Positions 33,618 through 45,527 of a DNA stretch of 64,000 bases are shown here, piece by piece. Positions within the stretch are counted from its first letter, which is position 1; the number at the start of each line of letters is the position of its first letter. The notes under the pieces were generated by a model, which saw nothing but the letters and a program-made list of their open reading frames with translations, was not told where the DNA came from and did no database searches. Source of the DNA: Naegleria gruberi (taxonomy: Eukaryota); assembly GCA_000004985.1 (NCBI GenBank), contig GG738877.1, one strand, 5' to 3'. A program made the translations under genes and the position numbers.

Positions 33618-36600
33618 ATGAATCCTACCGTTCCAGCATCAATTACCAATGCTCAAGAATTGGAGCAAGTTTTGCTCTGTTTGATGGTTCCAGACAGCAA
33701 TATTATTAAACAAGCCGAAGGTGTTGTTAAATTGTTCATGAAACAAAAGGAATGTTTAGTCGGATTTGTTTCTCAGATTAAGGGATCTTCACATATTGGT
33801 GTTAGACAATTGAGCGCAGTCTTGATGCGTTTAAAGTTGAAGAATCATTGGAAGAAAATTGAACAACAAACAAAGGAAGAAATTAAACAAAATCTTTTGG
33901 AAGCCTTGTTGGCTGAAGCTACGTAGGTTTTTATTATAGTTTATAGGTGGATATAATAATAATAATGATGATGATAACTATGGTGTGATGCCAATGTGAT
34001 ACTATGATAACATTAATACTATTACTATTTAACTATTATTTACTATTATTTACTATTATTAATACTATTATTATTACTATGATACAATGATATTCAATAT
34101 TGTTATCCTTTTTCTATAAAACTTGTTGCATATGCTACTGTATTAACTATATAATGTTAAATTTGGATTTTGAATAACCTCCTAAAAACAAATAACAAAC
34201 TCTACAATATTTGTGAATTTAACAATTAATAACAACAACATTATAATAATAACAAAATAATAACGACAATAATCATACGGACTTGGTATTTGACAAATTA
34301 CTCACTATTGATATTGGAAAATAGTCACCTTGTGAGAACATCATTAATTGAACTCATCGGTGTCTTGTCTTGTTATGAAATTTCGTCGTGGCCAGCACTT
34401 CCACAATTCTTGATGCAATGTGTACAACATGAACAATCTGCTTTTAGAGAACTTGGTGTTTCACTTTTCAACGTCCTTGTTGAAAACAGTCCAGAAGAAA
34501 TGCTTTCAAACTTTAACCAATTGTTGGGAGTTTTACAAAAGAGTTTGGTTGATACTGATTCCAATGTCAGAATTGCTGCTTTGAAGGGTATTCGTAACTT
34601 GGTTTTGGAAATTGAAAGTCCAAATGAAGATGAAGGACCAGCCCAACCAAATGCACAACTCGATGGTGTTATTCAAACTATTCCACAAATTGTTGAAGCT
34701 TTAAAGACTTGTATTGCTGAAGGTAAGGATGAAGAAGCTGCCAACTCCTTTGAAATTTTCGACGAATTGGTTGAACACAAATCAACTGCTTTCGATACCA
34801 TTGTTCCAAACTTGTTAAATTTCATGTTTGAAATTGCCCTTAACACTGATTTGAAGGAAGATTTGAGAGGAAAGGCCACTACATTTGTTGAATGGTGTAT
34901 TTCTTACAAACCAAAGTTGATGATCAAGATTGAAGTTATTCCACACATGTTGAACGTTGCTTTCAAATTGATGAGTGAAACCAATGAAGATGAACTTGAA
35001 GACAGTTATATTGCTGATGATGATGAATTAACTCCATACGATCTTGGTTCCTCAATGATTGATAATGCTGCTGTTGAAATTCCTAGCAAGTATATTTTCA
35101 GAGATATCATTGAAAGAGCTGTTCCATTGTGTCAAAGCGCCAATCTCTTTGAAAGAAGAGCTGGTATTACTGCTTTGGGTGTTGTTGCTGAAGGTTGTCA
35201 AGAACCTGCTAAGGCCAACTTGGAACAAATTATTGCTTTGATTGGTAGTGGTTTCAATGATCAAAGTAAGGTTGTTAGAGCTGCTGCTATTTTGGCTACT
35301 TCAAGCTTGGCTGAATTCTGTCAACCAGAAATTTTGGAACATGCTGACAAGCTTGTTCCTTTCATTATTCACAATCTTGATGACAAGTCATTCGAAATTA
35401 AGGAAAAGTCTGCCTACAGTTTGGACATTTTCACTCAACATATGGAAGGTGAAAAGATCAAGCCATACCTTGAAATGATTTTGCAAAAGTTCTTCTCTAT
35501 TTTGAATAGTAATGATAGAAAGGCTCAAGAAGTTGCTATTGCTGGTATCAGCGCTGCTGCTAATGCTGCTGGTAAATTCTTTGAACCATACTTTAATCAA
35601 TTCATTGTCATGATGAAGCAATTGATGGAAGCTGAAGGAAGTGACATTTTGGTCATGAAATCCAGAGCTACTGAATGTGTTGGTATTATTGCTTTCGCTG
35701 TTGGTAAGCAAGTTTTCGCTCCATATGTTCAACCATTCATGCAATTGGCCTTTGCTAACCTTCAAAAGAATAATACTTCTGAATTCAAGGAATATACCTT
35801 CATGTTCTTTGAAAGTATGGCCATGACTTTGGGTCAAGATTTCCTTCCATACCTCGAAAGTGTTGCCACTTATGTTATTGAACAAGTTTGTGCTGATGAT
35901 AACATTTTCGATGTTGAAGGTACTCAAGGAAACTCTATTGAATCATATGGTGCCAATTTGGCTGATGATGGTGATTCTGAAGATATTGATGAAGAAGATG
36001 ATGATGATATGGGTGGTTTCGATGGTTCTAACTATAAGCTCACTGTTAGAACTTCTGCTTTGGATGAAAGAACTGCTGCCATTTCTGCTGCTTGTCAAAT
36101 TGCTAAGGCTGTTGGTCCACACTTTGGTAAATATCTCCACCAAACTGTTGACGCTGTTGTTGGTTATGCTGACCACTTCCACTATTCCATTAGAAGACAA
36201 ACTATGACTTCTATCAGAAATCTTATCTATGCTGCTGTTCCAACTCTTGAAAATCAAGTTGACAATCAAGAACTCAACGAAGATCAATTAATTGTTGTTA
36301 ACAAGGTTTTGGACGTTTTGGTCAAGATTTTGACTACTGAAGAAGATAAGGAAACTGTTGCCAGATCATGTGAAAGTATTATTGAAATTTCTCACAAGTT
36401 TGGTCTCCTTGTTTTGGGTAGACATATTACTGAAATCATGGATGGTGTTATTCAACTTCTCAGAAATAACACTCCATGTAACAGTTCTGAAATGGAAGAT
36501 GAAAGTGATCACGACATTGTCCTCATTGACGTTGTTGCTGACATTGTTGACACTGTTGCTGGTCTCTTGGGTCCATCCTTTGCTCCATTCTTTGAAAAGG

Positions 36601-37271
36601 TTTTCCCAGATTTGATGAAGTACTTGCAACCAACTAGACCTGTTGGTGACAGAATTATGGCTTTGGGTACCATTTGTGAAAGTTTCAACTCTCTCCAAGA
36701 ACACATGAAGCCATACGTTCAACATGTCTTGCCAATTATTTTGAATACTATCAGAGATGATAACTACAATGTCAAGAGAAACTCAATCTATGGTGTTGGT
36801 GTTGTCGGTTTCTTCAATAAGGATGAAGTCCAACCACACATGATGAAGGTTTTGGGTGCTTTGCATCCAATCTTTGTTGAAAAGAGCAAGCATCATCCAG
36901 CTGTTGTTGATAATGCTTGTGGTGCTATTGCTAGATTTATTGCTTGTGGAATTCAAATGCCACTCGATCAAGTTTTGCCAGTCTTTTTAGAAGCCATGCC
37001 ATTGAGAGAAGATCACGAAGAAGCTCCAATTTGTTACACTGCTCTCTCCATGTTACTCGAAAATCCAACTCCAATTGCTTCAGTTTTACCAAAGGTCTTC
37101 CAAAAACTTGTAGAAGGTTTGTCCTTACCAGTTGAAAAGCTCAAGGATAAGCAAAAGCAAGGCATTGTTGAAAGTATCAGAAAATTCTCTCAACAATATC
37201 CACAACAAATCCAACAAATGATTTCAACTCTCTCATCTCAAGAACAACAAGCTCTTCAACAAATCCTTTAA
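33618..37271 (+). CDS. Importin-beta family karyopherin (importin-5 / Kap121 / RanBP6-like), 2 exons (33618-33922, 34325-37271), about 1083 aa
   Basis: Importin-beta N-terminal domain in exon 1 (LEQVLLCLMVPDSNIIKQAEG...QLSAVLMRLKL). A 402-nt AT-rich intron (gtaggt..gaaaatag) is in phase with the HEAT-repeat body. Size and HEAT pattern fit Kap121/IPO5. Confidence 0.9.
34021..34075 (+). repeat. Imperfect 11-12-bp tandem repeat (tactattattta)n inside the importin intron
   Basis: actattatttactattatttactattattaatactattattattactat. Confidence 0.7.
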
Positions 37272-37960
37272 TTTATTCCAAATGTCTAACCAGATGATTC
37301 ACTGAACTGTATCATTAAAACAGCCTTCTCTCAAGTAAATAATAAAATCATTAAAATTTCTCAAACTCTTGCTCAATAATTTCCAAACCAATAAACCGAA
37401 TTTTTACTAAGGGAAAAAAATGAATCCACACCAACGACCAACACCAACAAGAACTTCTGTTTCTCTACAAGCAGAACAAGAATTAATGAAATCCATTCAG
37501 AAATTAAGGTTATCTGCTAGGGGAGATAGAATTAAAAACAAACAGGAAAGAATTCATTAAGAGAGTGCACCACGGATTCCATTTATTCGAAACAACAGTT
37601 GGTTCCAACTCCATCCATATTTCAACTGCAGCCACGGAATCCTTTCCAATCATTTTCTTCTTTTTAGGTGCCTTGCAATCACAACAACAAACCTAAAAAA
37701 ACAACAATAAACCTCATCAATGCTCTTCTATACGACTAAAAGAAACTTTATTCAATCCACCAATCAAGCCCTCCTCAAGGTTCAACAAAAGAGTAAAAGT
37801 GTTGTTTCCTCTGCTGCAAGATTGCACGCAAAGAGCTGCCCATGCAAGAATTGCCAACAAGTAATCTCCATCAAGTTCTAAGGAGCAAAAAGATGAAATA
37901 AAACCTAATACGAAATATGTATGAGGAGAAAGATCCTTGTATTAATTAAGAGTAATTTAT

Positions 37961-39504
37961 TTAAAAACAAAAAGTAACATCCGAAAGTGGTTTATCTTCT
38001 CTCAACAAGATCTTGTGCATCATCAAACCAAAAGACTTGTAACTAAGGCAGAAGAATGTAAAGTAATCGCCACAATCAATGTGTTGAATGTGATTTTCAT
38101 TAGTGAGACGAATATAGGATTGATCTAAATCCAATTCAGAAACTGTTGTGTTGGTAATTTGTCCAGATATACCTAATTGGCCAAATCTATTAGATCCTGA
38201 AACAAATACTCTCTTTTTTTCACAAACAAGAATTGTATGAGACTCTCCACAAGTGAGATGAGTGATACTGGCTACACTAGATCTTTCATTGATGAATTTC
38301 TCAATTTCAACCATTCTTTGGAATCCTTGTGGTACATTTCCAGCAGTGTAAATTTCACCTCCTGATGTTACAATAGTGATAAATCTGGCACCACTTGCCA
38401 ATTTTGCAATTTTCTGACCTGGTGGACTTTCGAATATCAATGTGCAACTATGAGCACGCTCTGATTCTAGATTATTACCAAATTGACCATTTCTGAAATT
38501 ATTGTAACTAGATTGCCAACAAGTATAAAATAATTACCTATTCATTCCAAAAGCATAAACCTTCTTTTCATCAACAGCCAATGTTGTGTGAAAATATCCA
38601 CATGCTAAATGAGTAATTTCTCCCTTTCCAATAACAGAAGTTAAATCAACATGAGTAAATTCTGGCATTGCAATTGGACGTCCACATTGTTGAAATCTAT
38701 TTTCTCCAACAGCCTGTTAAATAATTTGTCAAATTGAACGTTTTTAAATATTGGTAACACACTTACAAATATTTGATTTTCTGAGGTAACACAAATTGCA
38801 AATGAATGTCCACATTCAAAAAGTCTAATCTTCTTATTTAAAATTTCTTTTGAGGTTACCATTGTAGGTCTCGGAACTGAAATATTTTGAGGAAGAGACA
38901 ATTGACAATCATAATTTCTTCCACAAGCGAATAAAACATTATCTCCCATATATTCACAAATGAAATAAGTGAATGAATGTCCACATTTAACATTCATAAT
39001 TTTCAATGCCTTTGGGCATTCCACAGGAATCTCAATCCGAGTCATTAATGATGAATATGGACAAGTGCTCGATGGAATAGTCAATTGCCCATAAGAATTT
39101 TCACCACATGCATAAATTTCATCATCAATTGTTACAATTACAACAAAATAAGCTCCACACGCTACCAACTTGATTGGTTTTTGAATTTCACCTGAATTCT
39201 TATTATTTCTAACTGGAAGTGGTTTATAGGAATTATCCATTGTTGATAAACCTATTATTTTCATGATCGTTAATTTTCATCATCAATTAAAATATTTAAA
39301 TATTTTGATCAACTTGAGATATTTACCCAATTGTCCTTTTGCATTGTTTCCGAAGGCATAGAGAGCCTTATTAGCTGAACCATTTTGGAGTTGACTATGA
39401 TATAAATTTGATTCATATTGTTGATTGTACTTCTTATCGATCACAACGCCAATTCCTTTCACATTGGTCGATGAGGTATTGTTATTGAATGCTGATTGTC
39501 CCAT
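37961..39504 (-). CDS. RCC1-repeat (regulator of chromosome condensation-like) beta-propeller protein, 4 exons (39327-39504, 38767-39251, 38537-38713, 37961-38492)
   Basis: N-terminal MGQSAF is a possible myristoylation motif. Repeated RCC1 signatures (LYAFGNNAKGQLG, IYACGENSYGQLT, LFACGRNYDCQLS, AVGENRFQQCGR, VYAFGMNRNGQFG, VFVSGSNRFGQLG). Introns of 75, 53 and 44 nt (gtaaat..aatag, gtaagt..aacag, gtaatt..tttcag) join the four ORF pieces in frame. Confidence 0.8.
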
Positions 39505-39552
39505 TTTTTTTTAAATTATAATTATAGTAAATAATATGTTAATTATGATAAT

Positions 39553-41019
39553 TTAATAATTATTATTAAATACAAAACATCCAGTGTAGGCATGTCTGAT
39601 AGGTTCAGTTTTCCTCAATAATGTACGAATGGTATTGGATCTGGTGTTACCAGTTACCAAAGTTACATTTCTAAAGTATTGTTCGAAAATTTCCTTAAAT
39701 TCACCAATTGCCCAATCGATTAATCTATTTTCATCCAATAGGGTGAGGATTTTCATTCCATCTCTTGAACCATCCATTAAAAAGTCTCTAATTATTTCTG
39801 ACTCAGTGGCACTACTCGTATTTGGATGATGTAATTTGCAGTAAATCTTCCAATGCTTTAAGGTGTAGAGAATGAATTGGATGAGTACTCTACTCTTCTT
39901 TTGGTTTTCCTTCTTGTTTCTGGTTCTGAATTCTTTTCTCACACCAACGAACAGATACATCATATCTTGTAACAATCCAATAAAATCATTTCTTTTTTCT
40001 CCAATGCCATTGCTTTTAGAATTATTTCCATGAGCAAAGTTTCTTTCAAATAGATAGTTCAATCTTGTATGCTCATCAAACTTATCCAAAATAGCCATGA
40101 TCTTTGTAATCTCCCCATCAAAACAGGAGAGTAAGTCAATTTTCAAAGGATGATATCTTCCATGTTTTTCACGTCTACAATACTTGTGAATCTTGAGAAT
40201 ACTTTCTGTGATACGAAAATGGGTATCCTTTTCTAATTGCTTTTCAAATATCAACTTCCAGTCTCTGTGCTTATTGACAGACTTGGAGAACCTCTTACTG
40301 TCAAAGAGAATCTTATTCAATTTAGTATTGATATTGTTTTCAAATTGTTCTTCATCGTTTCCTAAGAACACAACTGGGCTATTGATGGATTTCAAAGTGT
40401 AGAGTGTTCTGTATAATCTGTTGAGACTCTTGTTTTGCTCGATATAGGTTTTCATTAGGGACATGTCAGTAAATTCTGTCTTTGGTGTCAACCAGTATGG
40501 AAACAATTTGTTAAGGTCAGAGATTGCACAATTCAAACGATAAAACACCTTTGATGAACTAAATTCACCAATCTTGGTTTGGACTCGTTTTTTGAAATCA
40601 TACTCAAATCTGTTGGTACATTTACCAACCAACAAATCCTTCTTTTTATCTTCTGAATAAGAATCCCATAAACCTTTAAGTCTATTTCCCAGTTTATCAA
40701 AATCACCTGTACGCTTGATGAATTTTCCTCTTTTCTGAACATATTTAATTCGTCTTTCAATATTGTTTCTGATTGAAAGGTATGCCATGGTTGTATAAAA
40801 TTGACTGCTATTCACAATATCCCTCTTATTTTCCAAATCATCAATACTAGATATTCCCAACATGTTCAAACTAATATTCTTACAAATTGTTAAAAATCCT
40901 TTAATACACAAATCATCGACCGATAAATGACACAAAATATCATGCATCACATCGGGAGAAAGCATAGCAAAAGTGCTTCCACCACAAGTGGCAGCAGGGA
41001 CAAGCTCATGTTGACTCAT
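39553..41019 (-). CDS. F-box-like family A protein, downstream member of a tandem pair
   Basis: N-terminal F-box-like LSPDVMHDILCHLSVDDLCIKGFL. Shares ELNKLFPYWLT, ILFDSKRF.KS.NK.R.WKL.F.KQLEK, YLFERNFA and DFL.DG blocks with the 41087-42514 ORF. Confidence 0.5.
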   Translation of the reverse strand: MSQHELVPAATCGGSTFAMLSPDVMHDILCHLSVDDLCIKGFLTICKNISLNMLGISSIDDLENKRDIVNSSQFYTTMAYLSIRNNIERRIKYVQKRGKFIKRTGDFDKLGNRLKGLWDSYSEDKKKDLLVGKCTNRFEYDFKKRVQTKIGEFSSSKVFYRLNCAISDLNKLFPYWLTPKTEFTDMSLMKTYIEQNKSLNRLYRTLYTLKSINSPVVFLGNDEEQFENNINTKLNKILFDSKRFSKSVNKHRDWKLIFEKQLEKDTHFRITESILKIHKYCRREKHGRYHPLKIDLLSCFDGEITKIMAILDKFDEHTRLNYLFERNFAHGNNSKSNGIGEKRNDFIGLLQDMMYLFVGVRKEFRTRNKKENQKKSRVLIQFILYTLKHWKIYCKLHHPNTSSATESEIIRDFLMDGSRDGMKILTLLDENRLIDWAIGEFKEIFEQYFRNVTLVTGNTRSNTIRTLLRKTEPIRHAYTGCFVFNNNY

Positions 41020-41086
41020 TTTTTTTAAAGTTTTTTGTAAACAAGTTCACGGAATGAATACCGAAGAGTTGATATTATGTGTATTT

Positions 41087-42514
41087 TCATTTTCGAATTT
41101 GAGATCTATATCTGTATCTGGGATAGTACTTGATTTTTTTTCTTGCCAAATGCCAACTTCTTTCATTGCCATCAGATGTGGGAAAACAATCCTCAAAGAC
41201 AGTTGGGAATTGTTTGTAAATGTAGGAAAATCCGAGGTTGCTGATGAGTAGGGAAATATTTCTCATTCGAGGTCTTGGACCATCCAATAGGAAATCATTT
41301 AAAATTTCTCTTTCAGAAAAATCAAAATTATTGAGTTTGAAAAATAGTTTCCAATTCTCATAGACAAGCTCTGTAAACTCGACCAGTAAGTTTTGATAAT
41401 CTATTACATCATGGGACGGTTTGTGTCTATCAGGGTGAAGATTGGAAGTAAAATAGAGGACGTGTTGGTGCAGACTCACAAATTGATTGTTGAAATTAAC
41501 TTCTTTTTTCATAGAAGGACCAAGTTCTCCACATGCATAATTTCTCTCAAATAGAAAGAATATTCTTGTTCTCTCATTCATTCCTTTCAAAAGTTCAATA
41601 ATTCTTTTCAGGGGTGATTGGTACATGCGTTCATGAATGGTAATTCTTGACCTATTTGAGATGAGTTTGTTGAATTCTTTTACTAGAGAAACAAACTCGT
41701 GGTGTTTGGTCTTTTCCAACTGTTTCTGGAATACCAACTTCCAATTTCTTTCCTTATTTGAGGATTTCTTAAATCGTTTAGAGTCGAACAGAATCGAATT
41801 GAACTTCTCATCCAAATAAATTTCATAGTATTCTGTTTCTGTATGAGAGATATTACAACTCTTGATATCAAGTAATGCCCTATAAATATTACTAAGGTTA
41901 ATACTTGACTTGATATGTGAAACCATGAGTGCTGTATCAGAAAATTCGCTGTGTGAGGTCAACCAATATGGAAACAATTTGTTGAGCTCTCTAATTGCCC
42001 CAACAAATCTATAAAATAATTTAGAAGTCTTGTAATATGATTCTCCAATAGCAAGTTTTGTAAAATCCATATCCATCATTTCATAATCCAATTCACTCGC
42101 CCTCACTTCTTGAAATTTAATTTCCAATTTTTTCCTAGCCAACTCGGATAATCTCTCCAACACATTCCGAATAGAAAGAAATGTCATAGTTCTATAATAT
42201 TCACTCTGATCAATCAATTCCCTCTTCAATTCAAAATAAGCAAAATCTGATATTCCCAACATGGTCATACAAACTCCTCTTCCAATCTCCAAGAAGGAAC
42301 ACACAACACAATCATCAATCGTCAAGAAGCACAAAATTTGATGGAAAATCTCGGAGGGAAGTTTAGAAAATTGATCATGAATTGGCTTTTCAAATTTGTT
42401 TTTTTTGAATAAATTGAAAGATGAGGAGTGAGATGATTCTTTAGAGATGCAATTGTTTGGTGTATTATTATTTGTGATGAAAGTGATATCTTTTCTCTTC
42501 TTTGAGTTGAGCAT
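41087..42514 (-). CDS. F-box-like family A protein, upstream member of the tandem pair
   Basis: KLPSEIFHQILCFLTIDDCVVCSFL fits the F-box consensus LP.EIl..IL..L...DL. About 30% identity to the 39553 ORF over the full length, with 67 bp between the two. Confidence 0.5.
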   Translation of the reverse strand: MLNSKKRKDITFITNNNTPNNCISKESSHSSSFNLFKKNKFEKPIHDQFSKLPSEIFHQILCFLTIDDCVVCSFLEIGRGVCMTMLGISDFAYFELKRELIDQSEYYRTMTFLSIRNVLERLSELARKKLEIKFQEVRASELDYEMMDMDFTKLAIGESYYKTSKLFYRFVGAIRELNKLFPYWLTSHSEFSDTALMVSHIKSSINLSNIYRALLDIKSCNISHTETEYYEIYLDEKFNSILFDSKRFKKSSNKERNWKLVFQKQLEKTKHHEFVSLVKEFNKLISNRSRITIHERMYQSPLKRIIELLKGMNERTRIFFLFERNYACGELGPSMKKEVNFNNQFVSLHQHVLYFTSNLHPDRHKPSHDVIDYQNLLVEFTELVYENWKLFFKLNNFDFSEREILNDFLLDGPRPRMRNISLLISNLGFSYIYKQFPTVFEDCFPTSDGNERSWHLARKKIKYYPRYRYRSQIRK

Positions 42515-42579
42515 TTTTTTCTTTCGAATAATCCTGTGAAAGTTTTATTTAGCAGTATCAATTCTATTCGCTGTGTCTC

Positions 42580-45236
42580 CTAATTGATTTCAGGAATGCT
42601 ATGGTATGATTTCTTCCTCCTGTATCTTAAAATTCCAATGACCAACAAGACAACACAAATAACTAACAGGATGCACAACACAACTCCACCACTCACAGCT
42701 CCAACAATTGCAGCGTAAGGTGTTCCACATTGAGCTCCTGAAAAACCATTTTCACAAGCACAAGTATTGTTGAGAACACAAATTCCATGATTACTGCAAT
42801 TTGCAAATAAGCCATCACATGAAAATATAGAACAATTTAAAGAACCATTCCAACCTGGGTCACATGTGCATGAGTTATTGGAGGAACACATTCCGTGACC
42901 ACTGCAATTATGGAGGCCATCACATGAAATGGCAGAACAAGTGCTGGTTCCTCTCCAACCTGATTCACAAGAACAAGTACTATTCGAAATGCAAGTGCCA
43001 TGACCAGAGCAGTTTCTTTCACAAGAAAAGGTGCCACACATTGAATCTCCTTGCCATCCACTGTCACATTCACAAACACCTCGAATACAATCACCATGAA
43101 AATGACAAGTTTCCCTTAATCTGTCAATACAAGTTCCAGGATTTCCATTTGACAAAATTCTCAATCTTGATGAATCTGAGTAAATAAGATTACCATTGGA
43201 TGTAATTGCCACTCCTGAGAGTTCACCCATCATCTCATCATTTCCAATGAGTGTTACAATTGTTTCATTACTAAATATTTTCCTTACAACCTTATTAAAC
43301 GAATCTGCAATATAAACTTCACCAAATTTGTTGACTGCTATTGCCTTTGGATTATTAAGTCGTGCATAAATTGCTGGTCCATAATCTCCAGTATATCCAA
43401 CTTTTCCATTTCCTATTGAAATCTTTAGAAATTTTGAAGAAATTTAAAACGTACCTGCAATTAAAACAAAACCCTCACTAGAAGAGTACTTGAAAATTTG
43501 ATTTTCAAGAGTGCAAGCAATGTACAAATCGCAAGATGGTCCATAAATCAATTGTTGTGGCAAAAATTGTACTTTAAATGTTAAAAACGGTCAATAAAAA
43601 GGAAAACAAACCTTGATTTGGTGCTTGGATAATTGTTTGAATTGTAAAGTCATTGTAAACTCTTCTAACTCTATTATTCCATGTATCTGCAATATCAAAT
43701 AGAAACTCGCCTTCCATGCATTTAGGCGGTAGAGCTAAACCCATAGGTCTATTCAACAAACAATGAGAAGCTGGTCCACCATCTCCACCAAACCCTTGCT
43801 TAATAATTGTTTCTACCTAAATGTTTACAATAATTAATACTTACAATTCCTGTACCTACTAGGGTGGTGATAATTCCATTTCTGTCAACCATTCTAATTC
43901 TATTATTATTGGTGTCAGCAATGATAATCTCTCCTCCTTTCAACACAATTACAGAACTGGGATTTGATAACAAACTTTGATTAGCTGGGATGTGGTCATG
44001 AGTGTACCCTAGCTGCTTGAAAACTCCAGCAACAATATTCATCAATCCAGAAGTAAGATTAACCTTCAATACTACTGAAGAAAATGCTGGAAAGTATACT
44101 TCATAATCATTAGAGAACCATATGGCACCAACCTCTTCCAAATAATAACTTGTTGCTTCCATTTTTGGTTGTAATTGGTAAGGAAGATGACCAGCAATAA
44201 CCTGATCTTGTGTAACTGAGCTGGTTCCATGAACAGATAATAGTGCAATTTCTGTGTAGGGTTTTCTACAGTCAGTAAGATAATACACTTGACAATTCTC
44301 ATTGCAAATCAGAGAAAAGAAACTCACTCCATTCTTGCTTGAATGTAATCTCTTAACAGGATAAGGTTCAGTATACATTAACAAATAACTGTCATCGTTG
44401 GCAATTAACATGTTATTTTCAATATATTCCACTTGAGTTGGTCTCATATTAACTGGTGCACCATTAATTGACAGTTTCTTTACATAACCATTCATATCTA
44501 TTTGTAATATTCTTCTATTTCCAGTATCTGCCACTGTCATTAACCCATTAGGAGAAAAAGTGACACCTCTTGGATCATTTAGCTTACAATCTGTTGGAAT
44601 ATTTCCTAAACAATGGTCAATATTAACAACCTTATTATTTCCCATTACAATTGAGCAAATTGCAACATCTCTTACTTGTGTCAATTCTAATTTCCAAATG
44701 AAATTGGCATATGCATCAGCAATATAATAATCTGCATTAAACTTTGTCATTTGGACTCCCAAACCATACGTTTCATCTTTGGTTTTATATGTCAAAGTCA
44801 ACTTTGAAATATAACCAGATGTCAAGTCCAAAACTCTGATGCAAAACTCATCCAAGATGTAAAGACAATTGGTTGATGCATTAAAATAGAGTCCTTGTGG
44901 TCTAATCAATCTAGTTTCAATAGCTAATGAGTCATCTGGACTGTCAACATCTCGTCCACATATTCCAGTGCCAGCAATCACTTCACTGTAATTGCCTTGA
45001 ATTCTTCTGACAGTACACAAACTCACATCAGACACGAAAATAATAGGTTCAGCATTGGCATGTGTTTTCACCACATGTATTCCTCCATAACCAGCTTTCA
45101 AGGGAAAATCAAAGGAATGGAAAGAGTTTCCAATACTTCCACCAACTGTTGCAATGGTTTCATGACATTCAATATTAACACGCAGAATGAAAAGGATTAA
45201 CAAAAAGTAGCAAACTAATACTTGTGAAAGATACAT
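42580..45236 (-). CDS. Type I membrane receptor: signal peptide, NHL-repeat beta-propeller, EGF-like repeats, TM and a short tail; 4 exons (43845-45236, 43612-43798, 43455-43571, 42580-43412), about 845 aa
   Basis: NHL repeats (IADTNNNRIRMVDRNGIITTLVGTG; FDIADTWNNRVRRV; VYIADSFNKVVRKI). At least 6 tenascin/teneurin-type EGF modules (CSGHGTCISNSTCSCESGWRGTSTCSAISC...). TM (IVGAVSGGVVLCILLVICVVLLVIGIL) and tail RYRRKKSYHSIPEIN. Introns of 46, 40 and 42 nt keep the frame across the ORF pieces. Confidence 0.7.
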
Positions 45237-45527
45237 GTCAATTTGATTTTTTTAATTTAAACTATTCGAAAGTTGCAGAAATGATAACACTGCAAAATTA
45301 GCAGGTGTTTCTGTAGAAACTCCGCTTTCCAAAAGAAATGAGACTGTTCCACATTCCATCACATGTAGGATTCGTACTAAACATTTGAATGAGCCTGCAA
45401 AATTGTATTTGAATATTAACCTAATAGAATCGAATAAGATTTTTAATATTTAAAACAATTAATAAATTTGAAATTAAAGAACTGTTATGAACTAGGTTGT
45501 GGTTGACCACAATTTTGATCAAAAAAA

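Noticed and set aside
34373-37135. Many 60-180-aa ORFs on both strands inside the importin gene
   Set aside because: Low-complexity antisense or off-frame readings of a codon-biased HEAT-repeat gene.
38700-38701. Apparent 1-nt discrepancies in T-runs at 38700/38701, 45720/45721 and 50520/50521 between the displayed sequence and the frames implied by the ORF track
   Set aside because: This may be my own mis-count at line boundaries or homopolymer ambiguity. It is not interpreted biologically. It is why splice coordinates are quoted as +/-1-2 nt.
41019-41087. Possible fusion of the two family A F-box-like ORFs into one gene
   Set aside because: There is no GT donor upstream of the upstream ORF's stop, so no intron can bridge them in frame. 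They are treated as separate genes.
43817-43844. 28-nt intron model in the NHL-EGF gene and 27-nt model (51170-51196) in the ABC gene
   Set aside because: In-frame alternatives of 46 nt (acceptor attattaag) and 51 nt (acceptor ttctatcag) match the 41-75-nt size range of all other introns here. The tiny-intron models are kept only as alternatives.
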